Positions 45,906 through 54,324 of a stretch of DNA of 64,000 bases are shown here, piece after piece. The notes below the pieces were generated by a model. It made no database searches, had not been told where the DNA came from, and saw only the letters and a list, made by a program, of their open reading frames with translations. A program made the translations under genes and the position numbers. Within the stretch, counting starts at the first letter, position 1. Each line of letters opens with the position of its first letter. Source of the DNA: Steroidobacteraceae bacterium (GTDB taxonomy: Bacteria > Pseudomonadota > Gammaproteobacteria > Steroidobacterales > Steroidobacteraceae); contig JBEKSM010000032.1 in NCBI GenBank assembly GCA_049517075.1, positions 2,169 through 66,168 on the forward strand, written 5' to 3'.

Positions 45906-48101
45906 ATGAATCGACTCTCGTCTGTTACGCGTTCGCAATCTCTGACCGTCGCCGCATGGATTCTGATCGCGTTGGCGGCACTGCCGTTCGCCGCCCGGGT
46001 CAATGACGAACTCGATCCGTCGGTGCGGCTTCAGGACACCGAATCAGGGCGCGTCGAGGCGGATCTGCAACGGCAATTCAGGTCACCCTTTACAAAAATC
46101 GCGCTGCTGCGGATTGCAGCAGGCCCGGCGGCTCGGACGGCCGACGGTGAGGCACTACTCAAGCAAGCCACCGATACGATACAACGTACCCCCGGCGTGC
46201 AAGGAGTCATGTCCTATATCGACCGCAATGACAGCTTGTTCGTCGGGCAAGACGACAGCCCGATCATCATCGTCGGATTGAACGCCGCGAAGGGCTCCGA
46301 CGACGCTTTGATGACCAAACTCAGCGAGACGACCGAAGCCTTGCGCGCCGAGTTTCGCGACAGATACCCCGACGTGACTTTCGGCTGGACTGGCGAGGCA
46401 GTCGTCAATGCCGACCTGCGGCACGTGAGCGCGAACGAAACGCGCGCCGCCGAATTGCGCGTGCTTCCGCTCACGTTGGTGCTCTTGCTGATTGCATTTC
46501 GCTCGCTGCTCTCGGCGGTTCTGCCGGTCGTATGCGGCGCGCTCACGATTTTGGTTTCGCTCGCGTCGATTGAAGCCGTCAACCGGGTCTGGCCGGTATC
46601 CATCATCGTGATCAGCATCATCAGCATGACCGGCCTTGGATTGAGCATCGACTATGCGCTGCTTATCGTGAGCCGCTATCGCGATGGAGTCGTCGAGGGT
46701 CTATCGCGACCCGAGGCGGTGCGGCAAGCGGCCAAATACGGCGGCCGCACCGTAATCGTTTCCGGCTTGACGGTCGCGGTGGGATTCGCGGCCATGCTAC
46801 TGGTGCGCGTCAGCGAGATTCGATCGATCGGCGTCGCGGGACTGCTGGTGACGACGCTCGCGGTTTTGGTCGCCACCACGCTGCTGCCGATCCTACTGGC
46901 GTGGATTGGACCGTGGATCGACGCCGGCCCGTTGAGATTGGGCGGCAAATCAGGCGCCGGGCGCCACTGGCGGCGGTGGGGCAGATGGGTAACGCGACGC
47001 CCCCTTGGCGTACTGGCGGTAGCGGGCATACCGCTTTGCTTACTCGCCGCTCAGGCGGCGCATCTGCGCATCGATCTGCCGCGCGGCCACTGGCTGCCCG
47101 AGAGTGCGCCGTCAGTACGCGTTCTTCATGAAATCGACTCGGTGGCGCGTGGTAGCTTCGGTCAAATCATTCAGGTGATCGTGCATCTCCCTGCGGGAAC
47201 CCCTATTCAAAATGAAGCGGGCTGGCGTGCCGAATCTCGGCTGGTGCGATTCTTTGCGCACGACGCACGAATTCAGCACGCGTGGGCCGCAACGACCATG
47301 AGCACCGTGCCGCTCGGTGGGCCTGAGATCCTGACTCGGCTACCGGATTCCGTGCGCCGCAGTTTCCTGAGCGCGGATGGCGAGGCCGGACTCGTCGAAC
47401 TGTTGCCGCGACGCGGGGTCGCCGCCACCGATGCGGCGCTGCTGGTGCGCGAAATTCGCGCAGCCGATCCGCCGGCGCTCACGGGGCTCGCGGGCACGCG
47501 CCTCGAGGTGGGTGGGGTACCGGCATTCAACGCAGATTACGAGGATGCCATCAAGAACACGATGAGCACCTTGGTCGCGAGCGTCATCGGTGCGACGCTG
47601 CTCGTCTTGGCGCTGGCATTTCGCAGCGTGCTGATTCCGATCAAAGCGGTTGCGTTGAACCTGCTGTCGGTAGCGGCCGCATTCGGTGCCGTCGCCGCCG
47701 TCTTTCAGCACGGCCTGGGGTCTCGGCTGCTCGGCTTGGATCGCCCGATGGACGGCGGATTTCCGATATTGCCGGTACTCGTGTTCTGCATCGTATTCGG
47801 CTTGAGCATGGACTACGAAGTGTTCATCGTCGCTCGGATCGCGGACGGTCGACGTGCAGGACTTGCGGACAACGACGCAATCGTCGAAGGACTTGCCGGC
47901 ACGGGCCGTGTCGTCAGCTTTGCCGCGGCAATCATGGTCACGATATTCGGTGGGTTCGTTCTTGGCGAATTTGTGCTCATCAAGGTATTGGGATTCGCGC
48001 TCGGTGTCGCGGTGCTCTTGGATGCCACCGTGATTCGCTTGGCGGTCGGGCCGGCGCTCGTGCGGCTCGCGGGACGTTGGAACTGGTGGCCTGGCCGTTG
48101 A
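45906..48101 (+). CDS. MMPL family RND-type transporter
   Basis: ORF track, 731 aa. Two 5-6 TM bundles containing GLSIDYALLIVSRYRD and GLSMDYEVFIVARI (MMPL signature), each following a soluble loop. Confidence 0.85.
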   Translation: MNRLSSVTRSQSLTVAAWILIALAALPFAARVNDELDPSVRLQDTESGRVEADLQRQFRSPFTKIALLRIAAGPAARTADGEALLKQATDTIQRTPGVQGVMSYIDRNDSLFVGQDDSPIIIVGLNAAKGSDDALMTKLSETTEALRAEFRDRYPDVTFGWTGEAVVNADLRHVSANETRAAELRVLPLTLVLLLIAFRSLLSAVLPVVCGALTILVSLASIEAVNRVWPVSIIVISIISMTGLGLSIDYALLIVSRYRDGVVEGLSRPEAVRQAAKYGGRTVIVSGLTVAVGFAAMLLVRVSEIRSIGVAGLLVTTLAVLVATTLLPILLAWIGPWIDAGPLRLGGKSGAGRHWRRWGRWVTRRPLGVLAVAGIPLCLLAAQAAHLRIDLPRGHWLPESAPSVRVLHEIDSVARGSFGQIIQVIVHLPAGTPIQNEAGWRAESRLVRFFAHDARIQHAWAATTMSTVPLGGPEILTRLPDSVRRSFLSADGEAGLVELLPRRGVAATDAALLVREIRAADPPALTGLAGTRLEVGGVPAFNADYEDAIKNTMSTLVASVIGATLLVLALAFRSVLIPIKAVALNLLSVAAAFGAVAAVFQHGLGSRLLGLDRPMDGGFPILPVLVFCIVFGLSMDYEVFIVARIADGRRAGLADNDAIVEGLAGTGRVVSFAAAIMVTIFGGFVLGEFVLIKVLGFALGVAVLLDATVIRLAVGPALVRLAGRWNWWPGR

Positions 48102-48216
48102 ACGGCGCGCCGAAGGTTCTTGCAGCGCCGATCGTGATCCGATGGATTTTTTGACCACCCGCCCCGCTCGAGCGCACACTGATTCGACGCGAGGCCAACA
48201 CGGACGTCATCTCAAC

Positions 48217-49458
48217 ATGCGCATTGCCCGCCCTCGACCGATCGTCAACGTCATCGCAGCGCTTAGCTTCTCGACCGCCGCGATCGGCGCTCAATCGCCG
48301 GCCCCGCCGGAGAGCCCGCAGCCCCTCGACCTCAAGCCGGGACTGTGGGAGGTCGTGAAAGTAACGACGATACTCAACCACCAAATGAATCTCGAGCAAA
48401 TCTTCGCTCAATACACACCGTCCCAGCGCGACAAGCTCATTGCCGACATTCGCGCCAAGGAAGACACACCCCACCCCAATACGCAAAAGGGCAACCTCTG
48501 TTTCCCGAAACAAGAACCGGCGATGACGGCGCTGATCGTCTATGCGGCCAATGACTGCTCCCGGACCGTCACGGCCTCCGCCCAAGCGTCGGACATGCAC
48601 GTCGTTTGTCCGACCAAAGCCCAAAACACTGCGGCAAGCAGCGCGATCGTGGAGCAGACCAGCCATTTCGAACTCATCGATGCGGAGAATTTCACGGGAA
48701 CGATCAGTGCCCACGAGTCGAGCGACGCGCTCAAAATGAACGCCGACATCCGCTTCACCGGCCATTGGCTGCGCGACACCTGCGGTCCCGCGCCTCTGCC
48801 GCCGGGGCAGGCCGTGCCGATCTCGGTCTCGACGGCCCGCATCGGCAACCGCTATGAGATTCATATCCAGAATCAGACCGCGCAGCCCGTGACGGCCTAC
48901 GCCTTCCAGATCAGCGGCTTGGGTGGTCAGGGCTCCACTCGCTTCGTCGACGCGCGCCTCGACGGTGCACAGCCGATCAAACCCCACGGCGGCGCCGCCC
49001 AATACTTTCCCGATGGTGTCCCGGTCGCCACCGGTGCCGTGATTGCCGGCGTGTTCGCAGACGGTACGGCCGTCGGCGAGCCGAAGACGCTCGCGGAGCT
49101 CATGGGCCGACGCGTATCACGGCTTCGCGCGCTCAAGGCGATCAGCACGATACTCTGTGAGGCCGAGCGCAAGGGTCAAGACCCCGGCAGCGTCGTCCAA
49201 CGATTGCAATCTCCAGCGCCTTACACCGACCCGTCCGACATCGCGATGCTCTCCAATGTGTATACCGGAACCTTCGTCAACCTGGCGGAGCGCATGAAAC
49301 ACAACGGCGGCGGACCGCCGATGTCGATCGAGCAAGCGATGCAGAACGTGACGTCGCAAAGCGCCGCACTCGCGCTTGACCCCGTCAGGGATCCCGGCGG
49401 CAAGCTCTATATCACCCCGGACCTGATGCCCCAAGCTTGCGCTGCGAGCTCACGCTGA
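48217..49458 (+). CDS. secreted protein, DUF3617-like N-terminal half plus unknown C-terminal half
   Basis: Within ORF 48142..49458, starting at MRIARPRPIVNVIAALSFSTAAIGAQS. LKPGLWEVVKV plus spaced Cys residues, as in DUF3617 lipoprotein-like proteins. Confidence 0.5.
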   Translation: MRIARPRPIVNVIAALSFSTAAIGAQSPAPPESPQPLDLKPGLWEVVKVTTILNHQMNLEQIFAQYTPSQRDKLIADIRAKEDTPHPNTQKGNLCFPKQEPAMTALIVYAANDCSRTVTASAQASDMHVVCPTKAQNTAASSAIVEQTSHFELIDAENFTGTISAHESSDALKMNADIRFTGHWLRDTCGPAPLPPGQAVPISVSTARIGNRYEIHIQNQTAQPVTAYAFQISGLGGQGSTRFVDARLDGAQPIKPHGGAAQYFPDGVPVATGAVIAGVFADGTAVGEPKTLAELMGRRVSRLRALKAISTILCEAERKGQDPGSVVQRLQSPAPYTDPSDIAMLSNVYTGTFVNLAERMKHNGGGPPMSIEQAMQNVTSQSAALALDPVRDPGGKLYITPDLMPQACAASSR

Positions 49459-49595
49459 GGGCTGACGCCGATGGCGCGAGCGACGAAACGCGATTCGTCG
49501 GGCTATACTCGCGCAGACAGCGTTCGTCGAGGACCCGCGCGATCGCGATGCAACCATCGGGATACCGGAACGACGCATAGCCGGGAGTTAGAACC

Positions 49596-50006
49596 ATGGC
49601 GTGGCTGAAAGTGATCACGGATCCATTGGAAATTACCGCTTCCGCCCTCGCGTTGATTTTTGGGGTGGCGACCGGCGCTCTGCGCCACCGGCGATCGAAA
49701 CAACTGCGGTGGTTGGCACCGCTCGCCGCGGGTTTGGCGGCGTTGTGCATCGCCGGCGGCCTGTTTTTGGCCTACCAACGCGCAGCGGATGACACTACGA
49801 AGACGACCGGGAGATCACCGGGGTCTTCCCGATCGCCTGCAGCCGAGTCGCCGCGCGAGATCAGCGTGCATGCCGACCACATCGATCAGAAGGTGACCAA
49901 CGGCGCCGCTGTCGCCGGCGTCGGCGGCAATGTCACGGTCAACGCGTCAGCGCCGCAACCGCAGCCGCAGACGAACTCAAAGCCGCCGCAGTCCAATAAC
50001 GACTAG
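49596..50006 (+). CDS. small 2-TM protein with Pro/Gln-rich tail
   Basis: ORF track, 136 aa. Helices ITASALALIFGVATGAL and WLAPLAAGLAALCIAGGLFLAY. Tail NGAAVAGVGGNVTVNASAPQPQPQTNSKPPQ. 17 nt upstream of the TPR gene. Confidence 0.45.
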   Translation: MAWLKVITDPLEITASALALIFGVATGALRHRRSKQLRWLAPLAAGLAALCIAGGLFLAYQRAADDTTKTTGRSPGSSRSPAAESPREISVHADHIDQKVTNGAAVAGVGGNVTVNASAPQPQPQTNSKPPQSNND

Positions 50007-50023
50007 CACTGCGCACCTCTCGT

Positions 50024-51961
50024 ATGCGTTGGCTCGCTATGGTCCTTACTCTGTTGGCGCTCGATGCCGTCTCGCAGACCGTCTCCATCGGGCCCGTTCA
50101 TCAACAGGGTACCTGCACAGCGGCAGGCGTCGGCGGAAACCTCACCCTCAACTGCCCGGGACTCGATCCGTCGATCATTCGACAGCTGGAGAAACATTTT
50201 CAAAAGGAGCTCGCGCGCAGCGATATGCGAATCGAGACGATTACGAAGGAGGCCACCGAATGGCGCGATAAATATTTCGCACTGGTTGATCAACTGGCCA
50301 ACGTCATCGCTGACGAGCCGCTCAAACGAAAAGCGGAGGATGCGCTCAAGGCGGGCAAGCTGGACGAGGCGGCCGATGCGCTCGACAAGGTCTTGGCCCA
50401 CGGGGAACAGGCGGTGGACCAGCTTGCCCACAACCACTTTCAACGGGCGCTTCTCCATCAGCTGCAATTTCAGCCGCTCGAGGCGCTCGCCGAATTCAAG
50501 AAAGCGTACGATTATCGCCCAGAGCGCACTGAATACGCCGAGGCCTATGGCCGTTTGCTGTTCGACCAGCGTGACCTCGCCGCGTCGGAAAAGGTCTACG
50601 AGCAGTTGCTCGCCAATATGCGCGCACTGTCGAAAGCCGATGAGCACCAGTATTTGCCGGAGGTGGCGTTCATCCAGAACGTATTGGGAGCCATCTTCGG
50701 CAACACGCAGCGATTCGCGGACGCCGAAACGGCCTATGCAGAGTCATTGAGCATTCGCCGTGAACTGGCGAAATCCAACCCCGCGGAATTCCAGCCCTAT
50801 GTCGCACAGACCGACTGCAACCTAGGAACGCTATACACCACGCTGCATCGGCTCGCAGATGCCGACATGGAATTTGCAGAAGCATTGCAAATCTACCGAG
50901 CGGCAACCCAAGACCACCCGCAGGACCCGCAATACCAGAGCGAACTCGCCGCGACGCTCAACAGCAACGCGATTCTGCGCGAAGAGCAGCAGCGCGCCGC
51001 CGATGCCGCCAAGGATTATGCCGAGGCTCTGCAGATCTATCGCGAGTTGGCCAAGGCCAATCCCCGCGCGTATCTGGCAGACATAGCCCGGGTGCAAAAC
51101 GGCGTCGGTAACGTCGAGGAGAATCTCGAGCAGCCCGAGCAGGCGTTTGCCGCGTTCACGGAGGCCCTCGATATCTACGGTAAACTCGCAGAGTCCAATC
51201 CGTCCGCGTATGGTTTTTATCAGGCCTCGACGTTGATCAATTTGGGGAGTGCAGAAGTGCAGCTGCACAAAAGCGAAGCAGCGATTGCGCATTTCAACGC
51301 GGCGCTCAGGTTGTACCGTCAGTTGTCCCGTACCAATCCCGAGATGTATCTACCGTATGTGGCGCTCGCGTTGACCGATCTGGGATCGATCTACAACGAT
51401 GAGAATCGATTGCAGGATTCTCTCGCGGCTTACAGCGAGTCGCTGCAGATTCGACGCGACTTGGCGAAATCCAACCCGTCGGTTTATTCGAGGGACGTTG
51501 CGTACAGTCTCAACGGGCTTTACCTGCTGTATAGCAATCTGCATCGCGACAAGGAGGCGATGGAAGCGGCGGCGGAAGCGGCGGAAATCTACGGTGGGTT
51601 GGCGAAGAACGAGCCGGGTGCCTATATGCCTGAGTTGGCAAAGACCCTCGAGAACTTGGAAATGGTTTATGCCAATCTGGGTCACAGTCGTGAAACCACG
51701 GAGTGCGCAGAGCTCGCCCTGTCGATCTATCGCAACTTGGCCAAAGAGAACCCGCGCAGATATCTTCCCGACGTCGCCAAGCAATCGGAAGTTCTCGGGT
51801 ATTCTTACCATTGGCAAGGACGTAAAGATGAGGCGAAGCGAGTTTGTGCCGAGGCCACCGACGTTCTCGAGAAGCTCGCCACCGATCGCCCCGAACAGTT
51901 TGGCTCGATGCTGAAATCGGTATGCTCGTTTCTGAACGACGACAGCCCGGCTCGGCCGTGA
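50024..51961 (+). CDS. tetratricopeptide (TPR) repeat protein, about 10 tandem ~42-aa repeats
   Basis: ORF track, 645 aa. Repeated pattern (A/S)L.IYR.LAK.NP..Y.P.VA..L.NLG.LY....R...A. Hydrophobic N-terminus MRWLAMVLTLLALDAVSQ. Confidence 0.8.
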   Translation: MRWLAMVLTLLALDAVSQTVSIGPVHQQGTCTAAGVGGNLTLNCPGLDPSIIRQLEKHFQKELARSDMRIETITKEATEWRDKYFALVDQLANVIADEPLKRKAEDALKAGKLDEAADALDKVLAHGEQAVDQLAHNHFQRALLHQLQFQPLEALAEFKKAYDYRPERTEYAEAYGRLLFDQRDLAASEKVYEQLLANMRALSKADEHQYLPEVAFIQNVLGAIFGNTQRFADAETAYAESLSIRRELAKSNPAEFQPYVAQTDCNLGTLYTTLHRLADADMEFAEALQIYRAATQDHPQDPQYQSELAATLNSNAILREEQQRAADAAKDYAEALQIYRELAKANPRAYLADIARVQNGVGNVEENLEQPEQAFAAFTEALDIYGKLAESNPSAYGFYQASTLINLGSAEVQLHKSEAAIAHFNAALRLYRQLSRTNPEMYLPYVALALTDLGSIYNDENRLQDSLAAYSESLQIRRDLAKSNPSVYSRDVAYSLNGLYLLYSNLHRDKEAMEAAAEAAEIYGGLAKNEPGAYMPELAKTLENLEMVYANLGHSRETTECAELALSIYRNLAKENPRRYLPDVAKQSEVLGYSYHWQGRKDEAKRVCAEATDVLEKLATDRPEQFGSMLKSVCSFLNDDSPARP

Positions 51962-51962
51962 C

Positions 51963-51981
51963 CGCCGAACTCTTTTCGGCG
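51963..51981. terminator. hairpin between the convergent TPR and caspase-like genes (possible bidirectional terminator)
   Basis: cgccgaa-ctctt-ttcggcg: a 7-bp perfect stem with a 5-nt loop, starting 2 nt after the TPR stop. There is no clear U-tract, so it is weak as an intrinsic terminator. Confidence 0.25.
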
Positions 51982-52034
51982 AACCATCAAGCGATCGCAC
52001 CGGCCGATTTTGAACTGCGATGCCGCTCGATGCT

Positions 52035-52958
52035 CTAGGTGAACTCTCCTGGGTTCAGAAAACGATTCTGTGTAATGAGCGGAAGATCCGGAAATAGCCC
52101 GGGAACCTGGCGAAAGCGCTCTTCTTTCAGGCGTTGAGAGACCTCCTGCAGAACGATGCCACGATCTAGGGCGGACGTCGCCGTCAGCACCTCGTTCAAG
52201 AAGAATGTGAACGCACCATGCTCCAACCCATGACTCGGAATGAATTCGTCGGAGATCTGGTCAGCACCGGATGCGGCCCAAAGAATGCACCGCTTGGGTC
52301 CGGCGGAGCCGAGCGTTGACATGATCCTTGGGTTGGCCATGTTGCCTTGCGCGCTCATGATCCGGGCCAGGACTTCCGGTGGCGGAACAAGGAAACGTAA
52401 GCTCTGAGGCAGCGATGCATCCGCTGCTCGGCTGAGCAAGGGCATTTGCATCAACGAGCCGTACTCTCGAACAATTCGCCTCATGCCGCCCGCACCGCAG
52501 GCGTCCAAGACCATTTCGATGGCGGCTCCGTCGGGAAGCAGATTCACGATGTTTCTGAGGTCTGACTCCGATATGAAAATCTCTTGGTCCCAATCCATAT
52601 CGTACGGACACAGAATTTCGAAGATCGGCTCTTCGCGCTTCGGATCATTGCTTGGCGGAGTCCGGCGATACAAAGAACCATGTCCAGAGAAGTAGAAAAG
52701 CAAGCGGTCACCCGGTGCAGCGGAGTTAACCATGCCCTTCAGCGCTGCCAGAATCGCAGATTGGATCGCGCTTCCGTCGGTTAACTCCTGGATGTCGGCC
52801 GGCACGAATCCAAAATGTTGGATCAGCAAGTCCGAAATGGAATGGACATCATTCACGCAGCCGTAGAGCCGATGCCGCTGCAGCGGCACCACATGGCCCT
52901 TGTGCCGGATATACCCGTCATAAAGATTGATGCCCACCAACACCGCTTTGCAGGCCAT
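52035..52958 (-). CDS. caspase-like peptidase (C14 / metacaspase-type fold)
   Basis: ORF track, 307 aa. AVLVGINLY...LYGCVNDVHSISDLL, catalytic His context LLFYFSGHGS, catalytic Cys context MVLDACGAGG. Confidence 0.8.
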   Translation of the reverse strand: MACKAVLVGINLYDGYIRHKGHVVPLQRHRLYGCVNDVHSISDLLIQHFGFVPADIQELTDGSAIQSAILAALKGMVNSAAPGDRLLFYFSGHGSLYRRTPPSNDPKREEPIFEILCPYDMDWDQEIFISESDLRNIVNLLPDGAAIEMVLDACGAGGMRRIVREYGSLMQMPLLSRAADASLPQSLRFLVPPPEVLARIMSAQGNMANPRIMSTLGSAGPKRCILWAASGADQISDEFIPSHGLEHGAFTFFLNEVLTATSALDRGIVLQEVSQRLKEERFRQVPGLFPDLPLITQNRFLNPGEFT

Positions 52959-52967
52959 CGTTTCCCC

Positions 52968-53288
52968 TTATTCGTCGTCCGGAAAAAACAACTCCATGTA
53001 AATTTTCGGTCGATGACGCGGCTTCGGCTTCTTGTGGTAGGCAACGAGCTGAGCCGCGAGGTAGCCTGCGTCAAACCGTGATAGTGGAATTCCTGCTACG
53101 CGGTTTTCACCCTTGATCAAATTCGATTGAAGCGCCGAAAGCTGCTCTGGCGTTGCAGCATCCAGTGCCTTCGCGATGGCGGCATAGGTATCTGATTTCG
53201 CCTTCTTGACTGAGCGCGCGGTCTTTTTTGGCGGTTTGGATTTTTGTCTTTGCGGCTTCTTCTGGGCACGTGAACTGTTATCGCTCAT
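52968..53288 (-). CDS. 106-aa Lys/Arg/Pro-rich small protein (candidate substrate or partner of the adjacent radical SAM enzyme)
   Basis: ORF track. GAGGGA lies upstream of the ATG, and the ORF overlaps the radical SAM gene end by 11 nt. MSDNSSRAQKKPQRQKSKPPKKTARSVKKAKSD...AYHKKPKPRHRPKIYMELFFPDDE. Confidence 0.55.
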   Translation of the reverse strand: MSDNSSRAQKKPQRQKSKPPKKTARSVKKAKSDTYAAIAKALDAATPEQLSALQSNLIKGENRVAGIPLSRFDAGYLAAQLVAYHKKPKPRHRPKIYMELFFPDDE

Positions 53289-54312
53289 GTTCGATCCCTC
53301 GTGATTTTGTGAGACGTTGAGACGTTGATTTGCGCGTGATCAGGGTTGCGTTTGCTCTCATGGTTTTCGCAATACGCATTGCCCAGCGCCTTCGATAGGT
53401 CCTGGCACTGTCTTGCGCGAGTTTTGTCAAAACCGGATCTGACGCAATATGTGCGCATAAGTCGCAAACATCGGCGTAGGCCGACCGTAAGCGCCCTTCC
53501 TCGCCGTTCTTGATGGCATGGCGTGCGAAATGAATGGGGCCCTGCTCGCGCAGCACTTGGAACGTCGGATCGAAGTGGTAGCGATCGACCAATGCGTCCA
53601 GTGAATGATCGAAGACGTTGCCAAGCTTCAAGAGCGTCTCGAATCCGCCCGGGGTGCAACAATTGAAGGCCGCTCCATCCTCCCGGATTGTCAGTACCGC
53701 TGCTGGGCAGCGCCCTTTTGGCAACCCGGGAGCTCGAACGTAATGTTCCAACGGAAGCTCGCCGCCCTGCCTTAGGTAAGGAACCACCGGAAACGCCTGA
53801 AGCGCATCGGCGCCGACAAAATCGGCCCATCGCTGGACCACGCCTTCTTGTTCTTCGGGCGCAGAGTAGACGATCTTGAGCAAGGTGTTGATTCCGGCGG
53901 CGCGCGCGGTGGACAGGGCGCGCTTCACGCGCTCGATCGGCACAAAGCGTTGATGGTACCGGCTGGTGCTGGCTGCCAAGTGAGTCAGCCCGGCCGCACG
54001 CACGCGAGCAACGATCGATTGCGCCTTAGCGTCCGACGTCGCCCAGTAGGCGTTTGTGACGCACGTGACGGTGGCGCCGAGACCCACGCCATGAGCGATG
54101 ACCGCGACGAGTTGCTCGAGGTCGAGAAAGGCCTCGCCTCCCGACAAACCGAACATCAGTGATTCTCCGGCGCGCCGTCGCTGCGCGGCTTCGTTCATGA
54201 TGGAGAACACTTTTTGTGTTGGCAGCGATCGTCTGGCGTACGGGCCGCTGTCGGTCGCGCAGTGCGCGCATTGTGCGTTGCAGCGTTTCGTCAACAAGAG
54301 GCTGAGCTTCAT
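53278..54312 (-). CDS. radical SAM enzyme with partial SPASM/twitch C-terminal Cys motif
   Basis: ORF track, 344 aa. CNAQCAHC (CX3CX2C) at residues 11-18. GLSGGEAFL (GGE motif). C-terminal GRCPAAVLTIREDGAAFNCC (C-X11-G-X4-C) and CDLC. Confidence 0.85.
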   Translation of the reverse strand: MKLSLLLTKRCNAQCAHCATDSGPYARRSLPTQKVFSIMNEAAQRRRAGESLMFGLSGGEAFLDLEQLVAVIAHGVGLGATVTCVTNAYWATSDAKAQSIVARVRAAGLTHLAASTSRYHQRFVPIERVKRALSTARAAGINTLLKIVYSAPEEQEGVVQRWADFVGADALQAFPVVPYLRQGGELPLEHYVRAPGLPKGRCPAAVLTIREDGAAFNCCTPGGFETLLKLGNVFDHSLDALVDRYHFDPTFQVLREQGPIHFARHAIKNGEEGRLRSAYADVCDLCAHIASDPVLTKLAQDSARTYRRRWAMRIAKTMRANATLITRKSTSQRLTKSRGIEHER

Positions 54313-54324
54313 GGGCGTGGCCTG

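Noticed and set aside
47340-49002. 279-aa and 340-aa minus-strand ORFs antisense to the MMPL gene and the DUF3617-like gene
   Set aside because: The reasoning is the same: Arg-rich antisense artefacts overlapping well-supported plus-strand genes.
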